This document shows, in pieces, positions 1 to 7,047 of a stretch of DNA of 64,000 bases. A model generated the notes under the pieces. The model was not told where the DNA came from. It saw nothing but the letters and a program-made list of their open reading frames with translations, and did not search any database. The position numbers and the translations under genes are program-made. Location: IMG/VR virus record IMGVR_UViG_3300016472_000447, positions 11,383 through 75,382 of that record; one strand, 5' to 3'. Source of the DNA: a virus. Its lineage: Duplodnaviria > Caudoviricetes. The first letter of the stretch is position 1. Each line of letters opens with the position of its first letter.

Positions 1-25
1 AGACATTTATGTCTCCTAATTAGAA

Positions 26-100
26 TGGTGCGCCTACCAGGATTCGAACCTGGAATTAGGGTTTAGAAGACCCTTGTGATATCCCTTTCACCATAGACGC
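26..100 (-). tRNA. tRNA-Arg(TCT)
   Basis: Reverse complement GCGTCTA...AGGGT-CTTCTAA-ACCCT...CCAGG-TTCGAAT-CCTGG-TAGGCGC-A-CCA folds as a cloverleaf with encoded CCA. Confidence 0.93.
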
Positions 101-107
101 TTTATTC

Positions 108-115
108 TATTTATA
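108..115 (-). promoter_or_regulatory. T4-type late promoter TATAAATA upstream of tRNA-Arg
   Basis: Exact TATAAATA on the - strand, 7 nt before the tRNA 5' end; the phage encodes gp55. Confidence 0.6.
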
Positions 116-128
116 AAAACATAAATTT

Positions 129-161
129 AGACCGTTGCTCTATCCACTGAGCTACAGTCGC
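129..161 (-). pseudogene. 5' half of a tRNA (Arg-like), truncated at the anticodon loop
   Basis: GCGACTG-TA-GCTC-AGTGGATA-GAGC-A-ACGGT-CT, followed by AT-rich non-tRNA sequence; no T-arm or 3' acceptor strand. Confidence 0.7.
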
Positions 162-169
162 ATAATTAA

Positions 170-197
170 ATTATAAAGTCTAGTGAATAGAAGTCAA
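170..197 (-). promoter_or_regulatory. sigma70-like promoter
   Basis: TTGACT-16 nt-TATAAT, just upstream of the truncated tRNA. Confidence 0.65.
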
Positions 198-207
198 GCA
201 AAAAGTT

Positions 208-281
208 TGGAGCGGCGAACGGGAATCGAACCCGTGTCGTGAGCTTGGAAGGCTCTCATTCTACCATTGAACTACCGCCGC
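208..281 (-). tRNA. tRNA-Gly(TCC)
   Basis: GCGGCGG...GAGC-CTTCCAA-GCTC...CGGG-TTCGATT-CCCG...CCA. Confidence 0.93.
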
Positions 282-288
282 GATATTA

Positions 289-365
289 TGGTCGGAGATG
301 AGAGATTCGAACTCCCGACCCTCTGCTCCCAAAGCAGATGCGCTACCAGACTGCGCTAATCTCCG
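289..365 (-). tRNA. tRNA-Pro(TGG)
   Basis: CGGAGAT...TCTGC-TTTGGGA-GCAGA...TTCGAAT...ATCTCCG-A-CCA. Confidence 0.93.
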
Positions 366-368
366 AAC

Positions 369-443
369 TGGTGCATTCTGCTGGTTTCGAACCAACGACC
401 CTCTGCGTGTAAGGCAGATGCTCTACCGCTGAGCTAAGAATGC
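369..443 (-). tRNA. tRNA-Val(TAC)
   Basis: GCATTCT...TCTGC-CTTACAC-GCAGA...TTCGAAA...AGAATGC-A-CCA. Confidence 0.93.
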
Positions 444-444
444 T

Positions 445-518
445 TGGTGCCGCTTGAGAGAATCGAACTCCCATCAGAGGATTACAAATCCACTGTATTA
501 CCATTATACTAAAGCGGC
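445..518 (-). tRNA. tRNA-Thr(TGT)
   Basis: GCCGCTT...GTGGA-TTTGTAA-TCCTC...TTCGATT...AAGCGGC-A-CCA. Confidence 0.92.
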
Positions 519-522
519 GAAA

Positions 523-597
523 TGGCTCCGGATCCTGGGCTCGAACCAGGGACCAAATGATTAACAGTCATCTACTCTACCACTGAGCTAATCCGGA
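523..597 (-). tRNA. tRNA-Asn(GTT)
   Basis: TCCGGAT...GATGA-CTGTTAA-TCATT...TTCGAGC...ATCCGGA-G-CCA. Confidence 0.93.
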
Positions 598-642
598 ACA
601 GACAAATATATATTATAGTCTAGTGCACAAAGAATAAATATC

Positions 643-1248
643 ATGCAAGATCTATACGAAATTCTCGGTCTACCTAAAGATTGTACGCAAGAACAAATTA
701 AACATCAGTTTAGAATACTTGCACGGATACACCATCCCGATATGGGCGGTGATGTAGAAAAATTCAAAGAAATTAAACTTGCGTATGAAGTATTAAGTGA
801 TCCCGAACGGAGAGCAGAATACGACAAGAGTGGTGCTGTTAATCAGAGGATGGATATACTTCAAGAAGCAAGGATGAATCTTTCTAATTTATTTTTTATG
901 GTATTGCCCAATATTAATCCCGATACTGATAATATCTTGGATATATGTAAAAACGAACTAGAAAAATCCATAGAAAATCTTGAAAAAGATAAAATTAATA
1001 ATAGCATCTATATTTCTAAATTGAATCTAGTTAAATCTAAAATACGAGTAAAAGATGAGTTAGAGATAGAAGATATCTTTTCTTCTTTTCTAACTAACGC
1101 TCTAGATGCTAGGCAAAATGATCTTAACACATTTGATAGAAGAATAGAAGTTGCTAAAGAGATGTTAAAGATTATTGATAGGTACCATTATGGTTTTTTT
1201 GAGCTTCAGAATGTAATAACTGGAGGCGGGGGATTCCGTCATGAATAA
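643..1248 (+). CDS. DnaJ/J-domain co-chaperone protein
   Basis: N-terminal DLYEILGL...HHPD...FKEIKLAYEVLSDPERRAEYD with the HPD motif; helical C-terminus. Confidence 0.9.
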   Translation: MQDLYEILGLPKDCTQEQIKHQFRILARIHHPDMGGDVEKFKEIKLAYEVLSDPERRAEYDKSGAVNQRMDILQEARMNLSNLFFMVLPNINPDTDNILDICKNELEKSIENLEKDKINNSIYISKLNLVKSKIRVKDELEIEDIFSSFLTNALDARQNDLNTFDRRIEVAKEMLKIIDRYHYGFFELQNVITGGGGFRHE

Positions 1249-1249
1249 T

Positions 1250-1333
1250 TGGTGGAGAGCCAGGGACTCGAACCCCGTATGCCGAAGCGCCTGATTTACA
1301 GTCAGCTGCGGTCGCCAATGCCGCCCGTCATCC
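1250..1333 (-). tRNA. tRNA-Tyr(GTA), acceptor stem with mismatches
   Basis: CTGA-CTGTAAA-TCAG anticodon arm, long variable arm, GGGG-TTCGAGT-CCCT T-arm and CCA; acceptor GGATGAC/GCTCTCC has two mismatches. Confidence 0.8.
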
Positions 1334-1337
1334 AGAA

Positions 1338-1562
1338 ACCATATTGAAGCACACTCATCCATCTCTTTTTTAGGCACCAGACCGGAGCGACCGGGGTTTG
1401 AAATGCTTGGCGATATCCTGGGCCTCTAGATGATGGGTGCATGATACCATAGTGAAGCACACTGCTGAGTCGTCGAATGTGCAGCCTGGATGAATAATCC
1501 AGCGTGATCAGTCCTCTCCGCGGATGCTCTGTGTTGCTGAGAGCAATGTGCTTCACTATGGT
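1338..1562. repeat. 18-bp direct repeat (1338-1355, 1446-1463) plus perfect 16-bp inverted repeat (1446-1461 / 1547-1562)
   Basis: accatattgaagcacact vs accatagtgaagcacact (17/18 identical); accatagtgaagcaca is the reverse complement of tgtgcttcactatggt. Confidence 0.9.
1374..1440 (-). pseudogene. degenerate tRNA-Glu-like relic
   Basis: 5' GCACCCATCATCTAGAGGCCCAGGATATCGCC matches the tRNA-Glu D-arm signature (TCTAGAGGCCCAGGA); anticodon loop absent, T-arm decayed, ends in TGGTGC. Confidence 0.65.
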
Positions 1563-1642
1563 GCCCGGGGCCGGAATCGAACCGGCACGCCTTTTTATAG
1601 CGAGGGACTAGTCCCTCGCGTCTACCTGTTTACTACCCGGGC
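1559..1642 (-). pseudogene. tRNA-Leu-like relic with a collapsed (4-nt) anticodon loop
   Basis: Perfect acceptor GCCCGGG/CCCGGGC, GGTAGACGC D-arm end, GCCGG-TTCGATT-CCGGC T-arm, ACCA end; anticodon arm is GAGGGA-CTAG-TCCCTC. Confidence 0.75.
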
Positions 1643-1675
1643 AAAGACTTTTTAAATTTTTTAAAGAACGATACC

Positions 1676-1695
1676 AGGAGACCTTTCGGCCTCCT
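1676..1695 (-). other. GAAA-tetraloop hairpin between a CDS and the tRNA cluster
   Basis: AGGAGGCC-GAAA-GGTCTCCT with no U-tract; possibly a processing or stability hairpin. Confidence 0.45.
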
Positions 1696-1700
1696 TAATA

Positions 1701-2096
1701 TTACATCAATGCTTCTTCGAGTTCTTCGATATCGAACTCTTCCTTCTCTTCTTTCTTGATCTTATCAGCAACAGCCTTAACTTTTGCTGCGGTCTTAACT
1801 GCAGCAACATTTGCCTTCACCTTTTTAGGTTTGGCAACCTTAGCTTTCGGCGCACTATTACCTGTCTTCTTTCCCATCGTCTCGGTGATGAGATCTTTCC
1901 ACTGATCGAACACTCCTCCAACACCGAGGAGATACTGACAGGCCTCTGCCTTTGTCATTGGGACAGGGAGTTCAATAAGCTCTAGGGGAGAATGCCCACC
2001 CTTCGCAAGAAGCTTGGTACGGGAGACCAGATCATTTGCGAAACGAACCTTAGTGATACCATGCTGAGTAGAAACACCTGCAACTGTAAATGTCAT
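1701..2096 (-). CDS. hypothetical protein with Lys/Ala-rich histone-like tail
   Basis: 131-aa ORF with AAGGA RBS; tail APKAKVAKPKKVKANVAAVKTAAKVKA followed by an acidic end. Confidence 0.7.
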   Translation of the reverse strand: MTFTVAGVSTQHGITKVRFANDLVSRTKLLAKGGHSPLELIELPVPMTKAEACQYLLGVGGVFDQWKDLITETMGKKTGNSAPKAKVAKPKKVKANVAAVKTAAKVKAVADKIKKEEKEEFDIEELEEALM

Positions 2097-2140
2097 ATCT
2101 ATTCCTTAAATTAATTACGAAGAGTACTGCTCATATCAAT

Positions 2141-2169
2141 ATATTAACACCTATCGCTCACCTTGTCAA
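2141..2169 (-). promoter_or_regulatory. sigma70-like early promoter
   Basis: GTGC-TTGACA-17 nt-TAATAT with TG extension. Confidence 0.7.
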
Positions 2170-2524
2170 GCACTTTTTTAGAATGCTTACAACTTTGGCG
2201 AAACTGATAACCCAAACAATCACAGATTGCTTTACCATCCGAATAGAAAACATTATATGTCTTCTTAGATTGTTTCGAGGTTACTTTGAAGATCCTGCTT
2301 TTGGCTTGATCTTCGCTTTTCTCATATCCAATGATAAATGATTTTAATATCATGGATACGGGATAGTTCGGATTACCTGTGGCTATACTAACGTAATCTG
2401 AACTTAACCACTTGGGATTCTCTACGATTTTACCTTTATAGGTACGTATGTTGTAGTCTACACCCAAAAGATTAGATTTGGTCTTGGTAGTTATTTCTAC
2501 CGAGGATCCTATTATATAATTCAT
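2144..2524 (-). CDS. SWIM-type zinc-finger protein
   Basis: C-terminal CDCLGYQFRQSCKH (CxC...CxH). Confidence 0.7.
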   Translation of the reverse strand: MNYIIGSSVEITTKTKSNLLGVDYNIRTYKGKIVENPKWLSSDYVSIATGNPNYPVSMILKSFIIGYEKSEDQAKSRIFKVTSKQSKKTYNVFYSDGKAICDCLGYQFRQSCKHSKKVLDKVSDRC

Positions 2525-2712
2525 CGCTTTGGGAACCTTGCGGTCGGATCACTGAACACTCGACCACCCTTATTCTTCGCATTTGCTGTGCGAACCTTGG
2601 GGGGTTTGCGTTCTTTGACGCGTTCGACGGATCCGCCGGTTGATTGAAATGCTGCTAACTGTGCTTCTGCTTCTGCTCTTAGTTCTGCTTTGGTCTTCAT
2701 CTTTTTCTCCAT
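2521..2712 (-). CDS. small basic early hypothetical protein
   Basis: 63-aa ORF with GGAG RBS, directly downstream of a consensus promoter. Confidence 0.65.
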   Translation of the reverse strand: MEKKMKTKAELRAEAEAQLAAFQSTGGSVERVKERKPPKVRTANAKNKGGRVFSDPTARFPKR

Positions 2713-2719
2713 TTTTTAT

Positions 2720-2748
2720 ATTATAAAGCCAAATGGTTAGGTTGTCAA
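2720..2748 (-). promoter_or_regulatory. sigma70 consensus early promoter
   Basis: GTGC-TTGACA-17 nt-TATAAT. Confidence 0.85.
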
Positions 2749-2787
2749 GCACTCAAAAGGCATCGTAAGTCATTGATTTTTGTATAA

Positions 2788-2812
2788 CAAAAATCCCGGA
2801 TTTCTCCGGGAT
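2788..2812 (-). terminator. rho-independent terminator
   Basis: ATCCCGGA-GAAA-TCCGGGAT followed by TTTGTT. Confidence 0.75.
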
Positions 2813-2818
2813 CTGACA

Positions 2819-2989
2819 CTATGCTTTATCCTTTTCTTTATCTGTAACTTCGATCACTCCTTGTGATTCAAAGTAATTAATTGTATCTACTATCCCCCGT
2901 TGATGTCCCCATTTCCAGCATAGGTAACATGCTAATAGTTGCAAAGCAATCTGAATCATATCCATTAATGTAAAAGTTATACTTTCCAT
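2819..2989 (-). CDS. 56-aa small protein with hydrophobic N-terminus (not in ORF track)
   Basis: AGGAG RBS; MESITFTLMDMIQIALQLLACYLCWKWGHQRG...KA*; fills the gap before the terminator. Confidence 0.7.
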   Translation of the reverse strand: MESITFTLMDMIQIALQLLACYLCWKWGHQRGIVDTINYFESQGVIEVTDKEKDKA

Positions 2990-3007
2990 ACCATCTCCTT
3001 TTAGTTA

Positions 3008-3532
3008 TTATTGTGGGGCTTCTTTTTCTTGTTCCTCCTTTTTTAATTTTGCGAACCAAGTAGATGGTTTCTGTTTTAAGGTTTTATAAAGATCATGCTC
3101 TAGTAAAAATTTAGCAACTAAAGAATTTTCTAAACCATATGCTTCAATCTCCCAGGGTTGATCCCAGTAAGAAACATTATCTTCTACTAACTGCCCTTGC
3201 CATACTTTATAATATTTATTTTTAACATACTTGTCCTTCATCTCACCCTTGGCCATCTGTTTAAGATGCACCATTTCGTGTGCAAGGACTAAGAACATGA
3301 ATATTTTTTTCTTAGTCCTTCCTATCTCTACAGTAAAATCCCTAGGGGGATATGGCCAAGTTTCTTCGCAATCGCAATACCCGCCAGCCTCAAGATCATC
3401 TATTACCTGAATTTTAAGATTGATGTTTTTCTTTAGTTGTTTGGATAGTAATTTATCTGCAAAAGATTCTGCGGCAAGTTTAAGAAGATTAGTTAATTCT
3501 CTATCTTTGGCGCCTATGACAGACACATTCAT
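3008..3532 (-). CDS. zincin (HExxH) metallopeptidase-like protein
   Basis: LAHEMVHLKQ and YWDQPWEIEAY motifs. Confidence 0.75.
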   Translation of the reverse strand: MNVSVIGAKDRELTNLLKLAAESFADKLLSKQLKKNINLKIQVIDDLEAGGYCDCEETWPYPPRDFTVEIGRTKKKIFMFLVLAHEMVHLKQMAKGEMKDKYVKNKYYKVWQGQLVEDNVSYWDQPWEIEAYGLENSLVAKFLLEHDLYKTLKQKPSTWFAKLKKEEQEKEAPQ

Positions 3533-3550
3533 TTTTTATCCTTGATACAA

Positions 3551-3799
3551 TTATTTATTAAACGGATTTCTCATCGCCAATAATAGTCTTTGTAGTGCGT
3601 AGGGAATCTGTCCTTTTGGTGCAGGTTTAGGTTGGGAAACTATCTCGGGTAATACATTGTGAGAAACTTGCATATTGTTTATAGAGTTGCTAGCATATTC
3701 CGAAACTCGCAGTGGCATCGGGATATCTAATTCAGGTGTTTCATTAATTCTTTTTGATAGCATTGAGGATGATAATTTACCGCTTCCTAAAGTTTTCAT
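3551..3799 (-). CDS. hypothetical protein
   Basis: 82-aa ORF abutting the gene 41 stop. Confidence 0.55.
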   Translation of the reverse strand: MKTLGSGKLSSSMLSKRINETPELDIPMPLRVSEYASNSINNMQVSHNVLPEIVSQPKPAPKGQIPYALQRLLLAMRNPFNK

Positions 3800-3800
3800 C

Positions 3801-5198
3801 TTACACCTTTATCTTTGAAAAATCTTTTCTGTTTTTAAAAATTACTCTATTCGCATTAAATGTTTCTAAACTATCTTCTGAAATTTTCAAACCAGAATCT
3901 GACAAACCCTTCTGAGCCGATTGTTCTAGATCATATAGCCTCATCTTCGCCCTGTCAACCCCTATGACAAACCTCTTGTTTACTGTGGGGTCGTTGTATC
4001 GATTTTTAAGTTGCTTCACCATAAGTTGATTCAATTGTTCTAGATCTTCTGTAGATATCAGAGCAAACATAAAATCTACAGTTGCAGGCAATCCAAAAGA
4101 TTCAGAAGTATCGGTAAGTTCTACATCAGTATTACCGTAACCTCCCCTAGTAGTCTGAGTAGCACTAAGGATGGGAACATTTTCCTCAACCGCCAATCCT
4201 CGAAGTTCTTCTGCGATGGATTTAATTAAAGTATAGGAATTAATATTTGCTCCAGCTTTAAATCTGGAACTAGCACATATATTTAAGTAATCTACAACAA
4301 TAAGATCGGGTTTAAACTGACGCTTCAGTTGTAATTCATTTAGCAATGCTTTAAAGTGTCCGACATGTGCTCCGGTAGTAGGATATTCTTTGATGATTAA
4401 CTTACCTTGAGTTTTATCCTTGATCTTTTGAATCCTATTTTCATAAATCTGTTTTGGAACATCTTTTAATTGATCTAAAGTAATGTTCATTAGATTCGCA
4501 TCTATCCTCTCGGCGATCCTTTCTTCTGCCATCTCCAAAGTAATATATAGAACATTCTTTCCCTGAGAAAGGACAGATGATGCAACATGGCACATGAATA
4601 AGGATTTACCCACACCTGTACCTGCCAGGACAACATTTAAAGTCTTATTAGGAAGCCCACCATTAGTTATCTTATTGAAGTAATCTAAATCAAACGGTAT
4701 CCTAGTTTCTTTACGATGATAGAATTCATATCGACTATCAAAGTCATCGATATAATCATGTCCGACCTTATGATCAAAACACACCCCAAGAGCTTCTTGA
4801 AGCATCGACGGAATACCATCCTTAGACTTATTGGCATCTCTTCCGTCGAGAATAGAGATAGAATTTAGAATAGCATTGTAGATTGCTTTGTCCTTGCAGA
4901 ATTTTTCTGTTTCAGAATATAACCATTCTTTGTTATGTTCTGTAGGAACTAATTCATTTACTATCTGTACTGTTTCCTTATATTGATCCTCAGTTAAGCT
5001 CTTATCATTCTGTAAGGAAATTACCAGAGCATCCTTATTTGGATTCTCGTTATACCGTTCTACAAATTCCAGTATTTTCTTAAAAACTATCTTTTCGTTA
5101 TTGTCTACAAAATATTCTTGTTTGAGAAAGGGGCCGACCTTTCTCAAATATTCATCACTATGTATCAGATTCTGAAGTATCAGTTTTTCTATATTCAT
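3801..5198 (-). CDS. 41: gp41 replicative DNA helicase
   Basis: Walker A LAGTGVGKS, LEMAEE, IVVDYLNIC, SESFGLPATVD. Confidence 0.96.
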   Translation of the reverse strand: MNIEKLILQNLIHSDEYLRKVGPFLKQEYFVDNNEKIVFKKILEFVERYNENPNKDALVISLQNDKSLTEDQYKETVQIVNELVPTEHNKEWLYSETEKFCKDKAIYNAILNSISILDGRDANKSKDGIPSMLQEALGVCFDHKVGHDYIDDFDSRYEFYHRKETRIPFDLDYFNKITNGGLPNKTLNVVLAGTGVGKSLFMCHVASSVLSQGKNVLYITLEMAEERIAERIDANLMNITLDQLKDVPKQIYENRIQKIKDKTQGKLIIKEYPTTGAHVGHFKALLNELQLKRQFKPDLIVVDYLNICASSRFKAGANINSYTLIKSIAEELRGLAVEENVPILSATQTTRGGYGNTDVELTDTSESFGLPATVDFMFALISTEDLEQLNQLMVKQLKNRYNDPTVNKRFVIGVDRAKMRLYDLEQSAQKGLSDSGLKISEDSLETFNANRVIFKNRKDFSKIKV

Positions 5199-5484
5199 TT
5201 TCGTAATGTTCTATCGCCTTTTTTAATACATCCTCGACAACTTTTCCGACAATATTTTCAAACTCAAGACCTTCAATGTCTTTCTTATCCATACCTTCTG
5301 GTGCTTTAATAACGGTATAATCTATAGATAGATCATTGGAATCATCGTCTGCGAATTTTATTTCATTGAAACTAATTATGGTATTGGAAAATAACCCTTC
5401 CGTTATTTCTACACCCCAAAGATCCTCTACTTCATTTTTAATACCCCAGGGCCTATACTGTTCCTGCATTTTCAAACTCCTCAT
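5158..5484 (-). CDS. 40: gp40-like head vertex assembly chaperone
   Basis: Acidic ~100-aa protein at the T4 uvsX-40-41 position; the call rests mainly on synteny. Confidence 0.55.
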   Translation of the reverse strand: MRSLKMQEQYRPWGIKNEVEDLWGVEITEGLFSNTIISFNEIKFADDDSNDLSIDYTVIKAPEGMDKKDIEGLEFENIVGKVVEDVLKKAIEHYENEYRKTDTSESDT

Positions 5485-6514
5485 CTATTTCCTGAGTAGA
5501 CATTTCTTTCTGTAACATTTCTGTGCCAGCAATTCTATAATTGTCCTCAATATATTGTCTAAAAGATTTATCTGTCAATACAGGCATCCAAAAATCTCTA
5601 GTATAGGTATCCTTTAAACGATATTTCTTTTCTTCACCCTTCAAAGAATACCAACCGTTCGAAGGTTTAACAACATATCCTCCTTCAATCGCAATATCCA
5701 ATAAGCCGGACCATGTGCTGATACCTCCCTCGAATGTAACTTCAATGGGAATCTTAGATTTCTCTTTTACGAATCTAGATTTTTCAACATTGATAACAAA
5801 ATTATAACCTACAACCTCGGTGCCATCCTTTTCCTGCTGCCTACCAATGATAAAGATATTGTCTGCAGAATAATAAATACCTGTGCCACCGGAAACAATC
5901 TGTTTAGGATATAGTCCAATTTCAGCATAAGTATGGTTCACTACAACCATTGGGATATCTTTAATAGTCAAGTGAGGCGTAACCATTCTAAATAGCGATT
6001 TCATTTGCTTAGCACGAGTCATATCTGCTACAGATTTGCCTTCGAGCGCATCCTCAACCTCTTTTTTCGAAGCAAGATTACCCACCGAATCTACAATAAT
6101 GATTACTCTTTCGCCCCTCTCTATATTATTGAGTTGCGACATGATATCAAATTTTAACTGTTCAATGTCGGTAATGGGGGTGTGAAGTACTCGATCGGTA
6201 TCAATCCCGAAGTTATCAAAATAAGACTGAGGACTACCAAACTCAGAATCATAAAATAAAACAACAGCATCTTGATATTTGTCAACATAAGATTTTGCTA
6301 ATAGAAGAGAAAATGCAGTTTTAAAATGTTTAGATGGCCCGGCAAATACTGTAAGGCCGGGGGTTAGACCACCATCTAAAGTTCCTGATAGTGCTACATT
6401 CATCATTGGAACAGAAGTCTGAATCATATCTTTCTTATTAAAGAATTTAGATTTATTCAGTACTTCTGTTTCTTTGATAGTTGAATTCTTTTTCAATTTT
6501 TCAAGTAAGGACAT
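5453..6514 (-). CDS. uvsX: UvsX RecA-like recombinase
   Basis: AGPSKHFKT Walker A, YDSEFG, DSVGNLASKKE, SGGTG. Confidence 0.96.
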   Translation of the reverse strand: MSLLEKLKKNSTIKETEVLNKSKFFNKKDMIQTSVPMMNVALSGTLDGGLTPGLTVFAGPSKHFKTAFSLLLAKSYVDKYQDAVVLFYDSEFGSPQSYFDNFGIDTDRVLHTPITDIEQLKFDIMSQLNNIERGERVIIIVDSVGNLASKKEVEDALEGKSVADMTRAKQMKSLFRMVTPHLTIKDIPMVVVNHTYAEIGLYPKQIVSGGTGIYYSADNIFIIGRQQEKDGTEVVGYNFVINVEKSRFVKEKSKIPIEVTFEGGISTWSGLLDIAIEGGYVVKPSNGWYSLKGEEKKYRLKDTYTRDFWMPVLTDKSFRQYIEDNYRIAGTEMLQKEMSTQEIDEEFENAGTV

Positions 6515-6539
6515 ATAACCTCCGTATAGATATATTCAT

Positions 6540-6568
6540 ATTATAATGTATATTGCGTAAAAAGTCAA
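6540..6568 (-). promoter_or_regulatory. sigma70-like promoter for uvsX
   Basis: TTGACT-17 nt-TATAAT. Confidence 0.7.
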
Positions 6569-7047
6569 TTGCACCAGCTTTGTTTTGCCTCGCCATAATA
6601 CTCTCTAGCATGCCCATTGGTTATCAAACCTTGCCGAAGGCTTTGTCCATTAACTAAAAGGTCCCCCAATACGCGACCACCAAACTTATCCCAACCATAA
6701 AGAACAATTTTCCTATCACCTCCAGAATTTACAAAATCCTTAGTAAACTTTGATGCTGCTTGAGCCATTTGATCTTCTTTTGGGCACTGTGCTCTGTGAC
6801 CTTTCTCGGGCGTATCTACCCCAAAAACTCTTAAAGATAATTCTGGTTTAAGAGGAGCAGGCAAAAATGGTGCGGCGAAAACTACGGTATCGCCATCTTT
6901 GATTGCAAGAATCTGAGCGTCGTAGGTAACGCCTTTTGGTTGCTTTTGTGCAAATGCAGATGTTGCTAAAATTAAACCTGTTGCTATAACTAGTAATGTT
7001 TTCATCCGAATAATCCTTCTAAAGTTGCTTGTGGTTTGGCCGACCAT
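6565..7047 (-). CDS. thermonuclease (SNase-like) with N-terminal signal peptide; likely start ~7005
   Basis: IKDGDTV, RVFGVDTPE, DKFGGRVLG motifs; MKTLLVIATGLILATSAFA leader. Confidence 0.85.
   Translation of the reverse strand: MVGQTTSNFRRIIRMKTLLVIATGLILATSAFAQKQPKGVTYDAQILAIKDGDTVVFAAPFLPAPLKPELSLRVFGVDTPEKGHRAQCPKEDQMAQAASKFTKDFVNSGGDRKIVLYGWDKFGGRVLGDLLVNGQSLRQGLITNGHAREYYGEAKQSWCN

Noticed and set aside
1221-1236. GAATCCCCCGCCTCCA on the - strand resembling a tRNA/tmRNA 3' end (att-like remnant)
   Set aside because: It is four bases too short for a T-stem plus acceptor and lies inside the J-domain CDS; it could be chance.
1302-1556. ORFs 1165-1377 and 1302-1556 across the tRNA region
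   Set aside because: They overlap tRNA-Tyr and the structured repeat element, and have no RBS or recognisable motif.
1446-1562. Hammerhead ribozyme (CTGCTGAG...CGAA on +, CTGATCA on -)
   Set aside because: Neither strand has the full CUGANGA...GAAA...NUH core with three stems.
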